From contig KZ538520.1 of assembly GCA_000934665.2 (NCBI GenBank), forward strand, positions 1 to 64,000: a DNA stretch of 64,000 nucleotides, written 5' to 3'. How positions within the stretch are numbered: position 1 is the stretch's first letter; every line of letters starts with the position of its first letter. The translations under genes were made by a program, and so were the position numbers. Under the pieces are notes generated by a model, which ran no database searches, was not told the DNA's origin, and saw only the letters and a program-made list of their open reading frames with translations. Shown one piece after another: positions 25,105 through 37,262 of the stretch. This stretch comes from Catajapyx aquilonaris. Taxonomy: Eukaryota.

Positions 25105-25375
25105 ATATGCTTCGATAGGCAAATATCATCAACAACAGTTTGTTTGTCCAGGCTTGGTTGCCATGGACAAACAAACAAGGCTGTTCCATGCCATGGGTAA
25201 TGTAGTCACAACAAGTTTGTCTGCTTGTTTGTCCAGACTCGGTTGCCATGCTGGTCAAACAGACAGACAATAAGGTATATAGTTTCTATCTATGGATAAT
25301 GTAACCAACAACAATTTGTCTGGCTGTTTGTTCGTCCAGGGCTTTGGTTGCCATGGGCAAGCAAGCAAACTTTTC
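25105..25375. repeat. Degenerate 3-unit tandem repeat (~85-105 bp) carrying GTTGCCATG cores; related units at 30100-30300
   Basis: CAACAA..TTTGT..GTCCAG..GGTTGCCATG recurs, with cores starting at 25157, 25242 and 25347. Confidence 0.65.
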
Positions 25376-27811
25376 CTTTTGCTCTTGTAAGGTTATGTGG
25401 GTGGGTGCGTGTCATGTGTCCAGGCGAGGCGGGGAAACCTCCCGTCCGCAACAACCTCCCCTCAGCAAGTGAGCGAAACGAACAAATGACACATGTCGCA
25501 TCCCGGCAATAACAGGGGCACAGCAAGTCCAACAATGACGATTTTGACTTATTACTAGAGCAGGGTCCATGACCGAGTGCACATTCAGAATGCATATTCT
25601 GATTTAAAAAAATTAATAATTAGTAATTCTGATTATTCGAATGCTGCATCAATACCTGATTTATGATAACACTATACCAACACTATACAACTTTCAAAGT
25701 GCTCTCCTGTGAAATTGACTTTTTGGACTTGTGCCCCTGTTATTGCCGGGGTGCGATGTGTACGGCCACGCCGCACCGCTCTCACCGGGGGCCCACGAGC
25801 CAGGTCCTTGTCCGGCAAAAGTGTAGTCCAGAGGCCAGAGGCGGTGTAGTCCTTTCAGAGTCCTTTGCAGTCTGGGTAAAAGCGTCTGGCGCCAGAGCGA
25901 GAGGGGTATTTGGCGGTATGTATCTGGCCAATCAGAGACAGGCACGCCCCAGCGCCACAGGAGAAGTGGTGGCATACGCTAGTACTTCCGTATACAGTAC
26001 CTAGAATACAGTGTCTGAAAACCAACTCAAGGAATGGACATATGATAAGTGTTTTGTGCAAGTTTCATTGTAATCGGTTGAACCGTTTTCATTTAATCGC
26101 AGGAAACCAAAATGCCATTTTAGTCGTGAAAAGGAGAGTTCAGTCAGGTCAATCAATAATATTGTTGTCAACTCTCAATGTGAATGTTCTATTAACACAA
26201 CTCTAATATTAAATGCCAGACACTATCGAGCTTCTTGGACATGGGAAGGTGGACATCGACATGACACCCTTCATACACAAGGAGGACCACATTGAGTATG
26301 AGGTTTTGCAAGACAAGATTTTGTTTACAAGACATACCGGTAGTTTGTATTGACAAGTGCTGTACCAGCGTCAGTTACAGTACCGTAGTGCACATGGTGA
26401 GCAGGGAGTGAGAGTCATGTGGGCTACAGGCATACATGTTGCGGCCTTGATTTTGCATCTCTGAGGCAGCAAAATGAATTCCACAAGACTTCATGTATTT
26501 TGATAACCAGCATCAGACCTTAGTTGCTTTGGCTTCTCCCAATCAACCAACGGTATAATGTATTTCGAAGATGCAATGGCAGCATTCTCTAGCTGCTGTG
26601 TAAATATAGGCCCCATGCCATGGTGTGAGCTTGCAGAATGATGTTGCATTATTGAAATACCATTGATCTAATGAAGCCAAATTTATTAATGCCGGTTTGA
26701 AATTTGAATATAGATGCCAGCATGATGCTGCTCTTTGATAGGCTGTTATCACAGTAGGCAGGAGGAAACTTTCACTGGAGCTACAAATTTAGCAGACCTG
26801 CTCTGAAATATGCATTCATTTATTTTGATTGTGAAATGATTAATATTTATTATTGATTTAATATATTCAAAGATTGTCAATTTGAAATAGGAGCCATAGT
26901 TCTGCATGTAACTCCCTCTTTGATAGGCTGGTGCAACAGGCAGGCATGTTGGTGATCCCAACCAGATCCCAACCGACAGAGCCAGTATCAGAAGGGTAGT
27001 TCCAGGTGGCAGGTGCAATCCACAGCCATCCCTGAGATTTGGTAGTGTGGTTCAGGGCTGGTAGAAGGATTTTGAAAGGTATGTATGAGAACATCAGGAA
27101 ACAAGGTCAATATTATGGCATGCCATACATAATTGCTGACCACCTAAAGATGGTCAAGGCATGATGTGTCTGTGAAAGTCGGTGCAAACCAAGAGTATCC
27201 GGTAAAGGCGTAAAATTTTGTAGTAATGTGGGCCGGTGGTAGGGCAAATAAAAGAGGCAGTTACAGAAACCAATAGCCTACTACATAATTTATTACCGAA
27301 CAGTATATGATACTAGAGTGTGAAGGTGGTAGTCATTATTACACCACAGCATTTGTGCTGTTACGATTAATTTGATTGTCTTGGCACCCATGTCGGTTAC
27401 TTTTGTAGGGCAGTTTCACTCGAGTGAGACCTGGCGTTTGTTTATGTACAATTTTCAAAACTCAGCATCCATGCAGAACCACTTTCAACCTTATCTGAAA
27501 TTTTTTACTTTGGTGAAGGCTAAGGTCATGAGACGATTATGATGCTTGGTCCCCACTCACCACTGTAGAAAGGAGACATACACCAACAATTCGGGAATTG
27601 TCCAAATTAGTGGTATCATATAATTAGAAATTTAGTGAAAATCAAAATATTGATAAACCTTTGTGTTGAATAGGAGAGTCATAGAAGCATATTAAGTAAG
27701 TATGAGCTATAGGGTGACCAAAAAGACATCCTTGATGCAGAATGTACCACAATTTTCCTGTGGAACATGTCTGTATAATGTAAACTTGGATATCAACCAA
27801 GTGGTCCGCTA

Positions 27812-28380
27812 CGAGGGCAGTATCAAAATGATTTACACTTTTATTTATTTTTGCCACAAATACAGGGCCCTTGCAGGTGGCAGATAGACACACATTATGA
27901 TAGAATCCTGGAGCCGAATGCACTGACACTGGTCACTGGTGTTGCAACCTCTCCAGGCCCACCAGGAACCACATTTTGGTGGTGCGGCACCGCCACACCA
28001 GACAACTGCTCACAGTCAACAATGTTCTCGAAATGGGATCAGTGAAGGGGTTTTTTCATGGATCTGAACAGATGACAGTCACTGGGGGCCAATCTGGGGG
28101 AGTACAAGGGTGTGGAAGCACCCAAACCAAGATTCATGGGAAACACCCTTCACCAATGTCACTTCGGGGACATTGTGTACTGGGAGCAGTTGTCTGGGAG
28201 TGGGTGTGCTGCATCACCAAAAAGTGATTCCTGGAGGACCTGGAGAGGTTGACACACCCATGGCGCCAGTGCATTCAGCTTCAGGACGATTCAGTCGATA
28301 ACATGTGCCTATCTGCCGACCTGCATGGGCCCTGTATTTGTGGCAAAAAAAAAAAGTAAATCATTTTGATACTGCCCTCA
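27812..28380 (-). mobile_element. Mariner-derived non-autonomous element with long inverted arms
   Basis: TA|CGAGGGCAGTATCAAAATGA ... TCATTTTGATACTGCCCTCA|TA. The centre encodes, on the minus strand with frameshifts, VLPHPLYSP.LAPSDCHLFRSM (the mariner YSPDLAPSD motif). Confidence 0.8.
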
Positions 28381-28989
28381 TACAATGAATGGCTTGCTGG
28401 GACTTGTAACATATTTGTTACTCAAAACTCTGTACACTGCTGGACATAACAGCAGATCCTTGTAAATTTTTCTAGTGTGGGCAGGTCAGGTGGGAATGGA
28501 TGCATACACCTGGCATCACCACCAGAAGGACAAGCTTATATTCAAACACTGCAGCCTTATTGTGCCACTTACCAGTTATGACATGGTCATCCCATGATGC
28601 ATGCTACAGTATTCTTGTGATTGTTGCCATTGTTTACAGATGCAGACAAACCATGACGGGTCTGCCTACTTCCACTATTAGTGCACTGAATTGGGATAAG
28701 TGGGGCGAGGGGAGATTATTTTGAGAAATTGCTTCATTTTCATCATACTCGTCACTTCCTATGATGATTCAGGATGGAGTTACTGAATGGGGTCAGGAAG
28801 GAATCTGGCATGCTCGAGTCTGCCAATGAGTAATGTGGGGAAGGTGCTGGTGGTGAAAATGGTAAGGCGACATTTACGTAGTGAGTGACCCTGCGCATGT
28901 CTTTGACCTTGGTTGGGAGTGGATGACATTGAATGTGGATCTTATTAAATTGGCAGACAAGAGCATACTGGACTCCTTCTCCGCCATTA

Positions 28990-29534
28990 CAGGGTGTTTC
29001 AGAGTCACGGGTCAAGTGCGCACAAGGGGGTGGGGAAAAATCGTAGGTGGTGACAACCCCGGTCGGTTTTATAAAACAATTAGAAATACGGCTGTAATAA
29101 TTTTATTTATTACGGCCGTACGGCGTGACATCACATCCTTTCTGTATTCGAATTGACCGGCGCAGACTGGCAGATTCAGCGGTTTGAACCTGGTTGAGCG
29201 GGTTTTTAGCCTTGCGGGTTTGCAGGGTACTGTACAAAGTAGTAGTAGTAGTGTAGGTGTTCAGTACCCTGCCGGTGTAGCATGAGAGCTCCTTCTTCAG
29301 TGCAACCCGCAAGGCTAAAAACCCGCTCAACCAGGTTCAAACCGCTGAATCTGCCAGTCCGCACCGGTCAATTCGAATACAGAAAGGATGTGATGTCATG
29401 CTGGACGGCCGTAATAAATAAATTGATTACTGCTGTATTTCTAATTGTTTTATAAGACCGACTGGGGTTGTCGCCACCTACGATTTTTCCCCACCCCCTC
29501 GCGCGCGCTTGACCCGTGACTCTGAAACACCCTG
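28990..29534. mobile_element. Tc1/mariner-type foldback MITE (545 bp, ~240-bp arms)
   Basis: TA|CAGGGTGTTTCAGAGTCACGGGTCAAG ... CTTGACCCGTGACTCTGAAACACCCTG|TA. Confidence 0.85.
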
Positions 29535-30986
29535 TATAATTATGTAATTCCATCCCGAGTCATCAAGGAAAATGCAGCACTTTCTTAACCCAGATATGCC
29601 GAGCATCCCCTATAGGGGACACCTGCACAGTTGTTACGTTTTAATTTTTTTGAGCAGGTTCTTCCGCTGTTAAAGAGCTGGCAGTAGTCATGGGTGCTTC
29701 CGTAAAGTCTCAGCTATCGATACAAGTTCAAACCCGCTCAATATTGCTTCAGATTTTTGAGATACAGGTGTTCAAATTTTAGCGCAGGAAATAATGGCTG
29801 CATCTTCATGTTCCAATAATGATTAGTAATTAATTACGGTATCGAATATTGATTAGTGTTATAAGTTATTTATTGTTTGTAATACTTCGAAAACTTATGA
29901 ATGATGATGTCGATGTGGAAATATAGGCAAATTTTTTTACTTTCCTTGTCTGAGAGTAGTGTTGAAACCTGGTGTCCCGTCAGGGGAACACAAGAGGCAA
30001 ATGCACCCACATTTGGACAAGTGAAGTATGTGTGTGGATTTTGTACGCTTTGTTGAACTGTATTTTAATGAATCCGTATAATTAAAACGAGATTACAGGG
30101 CAATTGGTTAGCATGGCAACCGTGGCAACAATCCTTGATTGTTGTTGATTGTTACTCAATCACAACCCCTTCGTTGCACGGCCTGTTTCAATGGTAATGT
30201 AATCGACAACAATCAATCATTGGTGATATTATGAAACTATGGGTATTGCTGAATGTCATTGTTGCCATGGTAATGTAATCAACAACTGTTATAGCCACAC
30301 TAGGTTACATTTTCCTAGCATCCAATAATTATAGGGGACGGTAATTTTCTCGAAAACAAGCATTCAGAAAAATGTTTTATCTCAATTTTTGTGTTTTGGG
30401 AACTAATATGAACTAATAGAAACAAAAAAAGTTCAAAAATTCAACAAAATATTTTTCTGGCATATCTAGGTTAAAGTAATCTCCCTTCACCCTGCTCATA
30501 CCGATGCAGTGTACTATTACTGTAAGCAGACAGACCTGTCACGGGTTGTCCGTGTCACTCACTCTTTGCAAACAGTGACTACAATTGCAAGAAGACTGTA
30601 GCACTCATCATGGGCTGATCATTCATAACTGGCCCATGGTAAGATGGCTCCAACTCCTGCAGCGCTTGAATTCGCACTCATCCTCCCAGCACAAGTGCCA
30701 GGTGCATGCAGCCATCCCACACCCAAGTTGCCCATGCTGGAAAACTTTTACCAGGAACTGTTACTATGTCCAGCAGTGTCACATATGGTTGACTGGTTTG
30801 AACTTTAATCTGAATGAACCTTGTAGTAGGTACTAGTGTTATCATTACCAGCTTCTCTTAGCTGGCAATTAGAAAAAGTATGCGCAAGTCAGACTGCTAC
30901 AATCAAGCATCCGTATACATTTTGTCTCCCATGATCAGCCCCCGGTTACTTCTATCCCAGGCCAATATAAAAATCTGTGCCGTTAT

Positions 30987-31212
30987 CTCTTCCCACATTG
31001 GCGCTAGTATATCTGCAATGGAATCACACTGTGGAACTCGCTGCATCATAGCGACTAGCGACCCTGACAGTACAACTTTGCATTAACACCTAGCTACCAA
31101 TAGAGATACACCAAGATGCAGAGTTGTACCGTCAGGGTCGCTAGTCGCTATGATGCAGCGAGTTCCACAGTGTGATTCCATTGCAGATATACTAGCGCTA
31201 ATGCGAGAAGGG
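30987..31212. mobile_element. Palindromic MITE with a piggyBac-like end (GGG|TTAA)
   Basis: ~100-bp near-perfect inverted arms; the right end reads GCGAGAAGGG|TTAA and the left end is degenerate. Confidence 0.65.
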
Positions 31213-31420
31213 TTAATGGTACGCTCGATGGCGGCGAGTGCCCCGACCTATTCTTCTAAGACCGTGCACATGATGCAGAACACAATCTGAGAATCTGCTA
31301 TATGTTTTCCAAAGATAGAATATTTATTATACACAATATTGTATACATGACTAGCATTTATAAGTGATGTTTCCGATGTGAAAGAATACTTGGTTTCCAT
31401 TCCACTTGCATGAAATTGGG

Positions 31421-31753
31421 TTAAAATTTCAACTCCATTAACAAGAAGACACGAAGATTTGGATCTTCAATAGCTTCAATGGCTTTCTTAGCAGCAGCTC
31501 CCCCATCTTTGTAGTACTCTTGCAGCTCCTTCGCGTAGTCGATCCAAACGCAGTTGGCACAACCTGATGAACAGCATGTGGTAGGAGGTTCTGGTGGGCC
31601 CTCTTTCTTTTCCTTTACCTTCTCAGGCTCAGGTGGATCTTGCTCTGTGCAGTATTTATGCCGATGTTCAAAGCTGACCAAGTGTGTGGGTAGCACTGGG
31701 TGTCGATGCAATCGACTTGCGCAATAGGCCATCTTCCTCAGACGACCTTTCAT
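31421..31753 (-). CDS. OXLD1: Oxidoreductase-like domain-containing protein 1
   Basis: ORF contains PPEPPTTCCSSGCANCVWIDYAKEL...IEDPNLRVFLLMELK, the Oxidored-like signature. The N-terminus is basic, like a mitochondrial targeting peptide. There is an acceptor (ttcattctag) at 31769 and the first ATG is at 31753. Confidence 0.9.
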   Translation of the reverse strand: MKGRLRKMAYCASRLHRHPVLPTHLVSFEHRHKYCTEQDPPEPEKVKEKKEGPPEPPTTCCSSGCANCVWIDYAKELQEYYKDGGAAAKKAIEAIEDPNLRVFLLMELKF

Positions 31754-32239
31754 GCTACTCTTCAAGTACTAGAATGAAACAATGTTGATAAGTGTGGGAT
31801 TAATGGTAGCTCCTTAATATTGGAGTACTACACCAAAATGGTTTGGATGACTGGTTGCAAGTTTGGTTTGATTTTTAGGAAATGAGGCAGCACAGTCCAT
31901 GAAGTATGGCTAGTTGCAGGTGTATAGACAGACATGTCAATCAAAGCATTTTCAAACTGTGATACTAGACATGGTTAGCCTATGCTGAACATGCCCACTG
32001 CTAAGCCTATTCTTTCATCTCTTAGTAATTCTTGAAGCCCCAGCCTGCCAAATATATTTTTGCAGGAGGCAAAACAATGGTCACTTGTTGCAAGGTCTGA
32101 ACCATGGTCTGGCCTACATGGAGGATGCTCACACTAGTCACAGAAGTTTGACTTAAAACACCGGAGAAGGATTCATGACAATACCTTTCAAGCCTCATAT
32201 GGGCGTTTCTCAAAGTCTTGAACAGTTCGAGTGGTTACC

Positions 32240-32462
32240 TTTGAGTACCCAGACTGTGGTCCAAATTGTGCTGTAGACCTAAGTGACCTTCACATGTTTC
32301 ACCACCTCCAGAAAAATGTTGGCAGGCCAATTCCTATAGGAAGTGCCGAAGTGGTGACGTGAATAGGCTTGGCAGTGAGTGTGCTTGACATAGGTTTATG
32401 AAATATGGTACCATGGGATAGAAAATGACTCGATTAGTATGATGTTTATGTGCTGTAATAGT
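32240..32462 (+). mobile_element. Highly degenerate mariner transposase C-terminal remnant
   Basis: Residual PSDLHMF motif, followed by a degenerate GL*NMVPWDRK*LD...YV pattern resembling mariner GI.KLV.R..KC....DYVE. Confidence 0.4.
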
Positions 32463-33459
32463 TAAAAGATATATACCATAATTCTGCTATTTAGTTTCTA
32501 GCGCTACCCACAAAGTTACAGTATGCTGGGATAGGCATTGATAAGCAGCTTCTGTTTCTACTAATGCTGAAATGGGTCTGAGTCACTGATAAAATTGCAC
32601 TGCAGCATTCACTACAGCGTCAGGTATGGCCATACGTGCTTTGAGGGAAAGGAAAGACAAGGTCTGCCATTATCTCCTCCCACTCTACCTGTCTCAACCA
32701 AGACGACATTCATATCATTTCCTCCATTCATGGCAGACATGGACAAACCTAATGATTATATCCAGTGATGTTGGTATATCACAATGGTGTTGCATATCCA
32801 TATTTTTGATGCCAGTATTATGGAGAAAAAAATCTTATGCACTGGAACATCCAATCTCCTATTGAGATATGTGAAGGTTGGCCTTGATAATGCATGTTGT
32901 GTGCATATGTAGCAGTAGTTGGAAAAGAGCAGGTGATGGCTTGAGCTTCCCCGTTCTTATTAGGCCTACTCCAAAATATTTACATAATGGCAAACAAATG
33001 TGTTGCAAATGTAGACGAAGGATAAAATACAGGCAGTTGTCCATTAGATCATTACTAGTGTGCACCTAGAATGTGTGGTACTGTAATCTGTAAGTGGATG
33101 CTGGAGATGTATGATCTGGACATAACGTCAAAGAAAATAATGCAGATCTCTCATCTTTCACACACTCATGCCCATCAAAGAAAATTATTACCATTGTTGC
33201 ATCAGCTGCTTGCAGATTACAGTACCACATATGCCATGTGCACATTCATAGCAGACAATTGCTCACATTTCATCCTTCATATACATTAGCAACACACGTT
33301 TGTTTGCCATGTCTCCTGGAGTAATGATGATGGGCACACTCTAACCAGCACTAGCTTGTTTCTGACTACCTCCACGCAGTTGTGCAACATGCATGATCCA
33401 GACCAACAACAATCACATAATGCCATAGGAATACGTGAATACCCCTCCACCAGTACATA

Positions 33460-33668
33460 CAGGGTGTTTCAACTTTTTTGTCCCAACAGTTATTGGAAAT
33501 ATTGGACTAAGCTGCTACTTTGTAAGCAGTGACTTGCAACCGGTTTGTCAGAGGAATGGGGAATATTCCCTGTGAATCATAGGTTGAAGTGGCATACACT
33601 ACTTACAAAGTAGCAGCTTAGTGCAATATTTCCGATAACTGTTGGGACAAAAAAGTTGAAACACCCTG
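33460..33668. mobile_element. Tc1/mariner-type palindromic MITE
   Basis: TA|CAGGGTGTTTCAACTTTTTTGTCCC ... GGGACAAAAAAGTTGAAACACCCTG|TA. Confidence 0.85.
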
Positions 33669-33838
33669 TATTTTAAAAACCCTGTAAGTACGTATATCGG
33701 CTTCAAAAATATGGAGAGCCAAAACTTCTTTTTGGACTACCACTCTACTTGCCATTCCACCTACCTAGGCAAAATCTAATTAGTTATTTTTAAACCACCT
33801 ACTGTAGTAGTTTAGGCACTGGTTGCTTGGATCGCTTC

Positions 33839-34603
33839 TGACGAGGGAACTTCACGAATGCCTAGATGGATTTGCTAAATGAAACTTGGCACAATGATAG
33901 AGGCAGGTAAGCCATTCACCAAAATGCAAACTGTTTAGGCTGAGGGCTACAAGGTCAAAAGTTATGACCTCTCAGTCATCCCAGGCAGCTTACCTTATGA
34001 GCGAAGTTTCAGATATTGCGTTCAAAAACGCATACATTTTATTACATCATTGGAAAGGGGTAATTACTCTGATCAGCAGAGCTCTAAATTGCTACGGAGG
34101 GAGGAAGATAAGAAGACCACATTCCTAATCTACCTGCCTGGGGCTTATAGCAGGTAGGGAACTGGACCTTCTACAATAATCCGGGAACTTTTTTAAAGAG
34201 GTCTCTTTTTGCATTTTTGACAGCAAATATGAACTTGAAGGTGTCGAAAACCTATCTTTTCATACTAGATTCATACCAGGCATGTCACAAACAGGCCTAC
34301 GGAAACCCACGTGTATGTCAAGAAAAACTTGTCATCATGTTAGAGCTACTTGTCACATACCTGGCACGAATCACATATGAAAATATACGTTTTCGACACG
34401 TTATTCATGTTTGCTTATTTTGTTTTTTACACAATTAAAAACATGCATAAACGCTTATTTGCTAAGATGCTCTTTTCATCTGCCAGTGCTTTACCCTTCC
34501 TGCTGTCTGGGTTTGTATTTTGGTGAATGACTTACCTGCCTATATTATTATGTCAAGTTTCGTTAAGCAAATCCATCTTCAATGTGTGCAGTTCCCTTGT
34601 GAG
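33839..34603. mobile_element. MITE of the same family as 8460-9045
   Basis: Arms TGAAACTTGGCACAA..GCAGGTAAG at 33880 and their reverse complement at 34530-34565; termini CTGACGAGGGAAC/GTTCCCTTGTGAG. Confidence 0.6.
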
Positions 34604-34608
34604 ATGTA

Positions 34609-34786
34609 CAGTTTGCTAAAGGATTTCCTTTCCACATGAGGAGGGATTATTAGCCTCCAACAGAGGTGAGCTGCCTCCCCCTGATGCAACTGATGACCCC
34701 CTGATGACTCGCACTCTGCTAGCTAGCACCTCTGTTGGAGGCTAGTAATCCCACCTCCTGTGGAAAGGAAATCCTTTAACCGACTG
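34609..34786. mobile_element. Palindromic MITE with TA TSD
   Basis: TA|CAGT..AAAGGATTTCCTTTCCACA ... TGTGGAAAGGAAATCCTTT..ACTG|TA. Confidence 0.7.
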
Positions 34787-35645
34787 TACAGGCAGATTAA
34801 GAAGACTGTTCATTGCATAAAATTTGTCTTGTGATATTTGGGGGCATTGCTTCTGTTCCTGGTTGAATATTTGGAAAGTGAAACATTTCCAAGGGAAAAT
34901 TGGAGACTTGGTGGCTCTCAAAATTGTGATTTTGAAAAATGGTTAATGAATGTTATGGACAAATTCCAGTGTACCATTTCATTTGTCTGTTCTTGTTAAT
35001 ATTTCATTTCTTAGTGTGTGGAACACATTACATTCTGTTATAACTCGGCCAATTGAGGGCAAAATTCCAAGGTTTTACTTGAGAAACATAAAGTGTTGAA
35101 TTGAACAGTTTATCAGCCAGTTATGGAATCACCACTTCAGAATCTTATTGGTGCCCTTCCTGAGAAATACAGTAGGCCTTGAGTGATCACTGCTCCAAGA
35201 TAATACTGATACCTATGAAATATCTGGAACTAATTCATTGGAAATGAAAGTTTGAAGGATGGTCCCTACATAAAAGGACATATTTTGGTACAAGCAAAAA
35301 ATACAAAGCTCATCTGTAATTGACCATACAAAAATGAATCTGTTCTGATACTTGTCTCTCCTTCATTAGGGCTGGACTACATTGGTGTTGGTGCATCTTG
35401 GAAGAAAAAGTAAGTAAATCTTTTTATTTCATTGTAAAACTATGCCTGCAATAATAATTCCTTAGCACTGGAAGCATTTAAACCTGCTATTGGTGTCTGT
35501 GCCATTGTAAACCAGAACTTACAACTTGGCAATCAGTGGTGCTTCTATGCATAATGATAAGCTCTATTAAGTCTGTGATGAGATTGAATGAACCTACCAC
35601 TATAAATCTGATGTCATCTTGCTATTTCAAAATCGAAACTGACAC

Positions 35646-35980
35646 CTACGACTTCTGCTCAGACAGAAGGAAGGCATGAAGGTTGGGGTCTAATAGATTC
35701 AATGAATTTCCTTGCTTCTGTCTTTGTAATACTTTGGTAGCTGATCAATGTATTCCAGCCACCCGGAGTTGGCACAAGCAGACATGCAGCAAGTGGTAGG
35801 TGGCTCGGGGAGTCCGCCCTTCTTTTCCAGTCCCTTTGAACTATCTGGTGGATCTTCGTCTCTGTAGTATTCACGATGGCATGCACTGGTAACAATAATT
35901 TGCTCGAGGTCACCTGATGCACCTGGCGTTCTGCTAGTTATCATTCTCAGGCATGCTTCCAGGGTTGCCTCCCATTAATG
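35646..35980 (-). pseudogene. OXLD1: Frameshifted tandem duplicate of the OXLD1 coding exon
   Basis: LPEPPTTCCMSACANSGWLEYIDQLPKYYKD is followed by two frame changes (EARKFIESI, then DPNLHAFLLSEQKS*). These segments align to the intact copy's AKKAIEAIEDPNLRVFLLMELKF*. It has its own acceptor (cattgcag) at 35981, and the 4th Cys is changed to Ser. Confidence 0.8.
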
Positions 35981-36559
35981 CTGCAATGTAACAAAATGCC
36001 AGCCCTCACTTGCATGCCTTATAAGCAACAACAATGTACTGTGATTTTACTCTGGGATAATTTGCATGTCCTAACTTGCCTAACCATATCTACCGTCACA
36101 CCTTGGCTAACTTAAAAGGTGAGTTTGCAAGCTTGCAAGAACTGGTGGTTGGGAGACTCTAGAACTTGAGCATGTCGAGAACTAAATTGCTAACTTATGG
36201 TGCTCTCACAAGCACATGAGAAAAGCCAATAAAGGTGCTGTTGAGGCGTTTCTCTTGAGCTTCTGAACACACCTTAGCAAGCCAATGAGACTTTTGCTGC
36301 AGCACAGAAACCGTGAAATTCTGTCACAGCAAGATCGAGAAGCAAATTCTCGTACCCCATTTGTCACCTATTCAAAAATGTCTCTCCAATGTGCTCGAAA
36401 ACAGATTCTCACCAGCTTGTGAACACATTTTTTCGGTAAGGTTTTATTTAGCCCCTAGTTAGAGGCGCTCAACCCGATCACATGTAACATAAAACCAGCC
36501 CACAAATGAATTCGCAATGTTAGCTATTATTCAGGTCACAGTGGATACGCCCCACTAAC

Positions 36560-37262
36560 CTGTACAGGTAAATTTTAAGGATGGAGCCGGACGCAAACGC
36601 GTGTTTTGGCCGAATCAGATATCTTGTTCACATTTCACTGCAGGCTGACATGATTGTTCTGCAGTGAGGTGCGTTCGGCAGTCGACACGGACTCGCATGT
36701 CTGATAACTGAACACGCCCGAGCACGCTCTCCACTAGCCTGCCATCTAGCCGAATTCAGGGGGAAGTAGCCAGTAGGCCTGGCGTAGCAACGTGATTGCA
36801 TCATCCTTTGACGGTGGTTGAGTGGAGCCGGCGTGAGTTTATCAAGCTGTAAGCTAAAGTTAGTACGCGAGAATATTAATAACTCAAATATTATGTTCCT
36901 TTCGGGATCAAATGACTTTTACAATTTAATGCGTATATTTTTGGCTGTAGATTGCCGTGACAGGCTTTATACAGAAGATGTGGCACTAAATCCTTGCAAA
37001 TAGAGAGTAGAAAGGGCATGTAAACGTCCAGTAGTTATTTGCTACAAGTAGCAGTGGGCGCGTAATAACCATGTAGCTGCTGCGCTTATTGAAAGTGTGG
37101 GAAAAATCCTGATACCCTTTGTCTTCCACCCCCCAGTCTTGAGCTGATTGAGCTGCCGGCTGCCGCACCAGTTGGCGTCTTGAAGACTTCAACTGGGCGC
37201 TCTGTGTAGTCGCAGGCCTTTGTTTCGTGTGCTGCCCGTACAAGAGTTGCGAGCTTGCGACC
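36560..37262. promoter_or_regulatory. Probable bidirectional promoter / 5'UTR region shared by OXLD1 (-) and the MSH6-like gene (+)
   Basis: CpG-enriched segment between head-to-head genes. It has a minus-strand donor CAG|gttagt at 36560, a plus-strand donor GGC|gtgagt at 36833, and an acceptor gtcgcag at 37215 upstream of the ATG at 37263. Confidence 0.5.
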
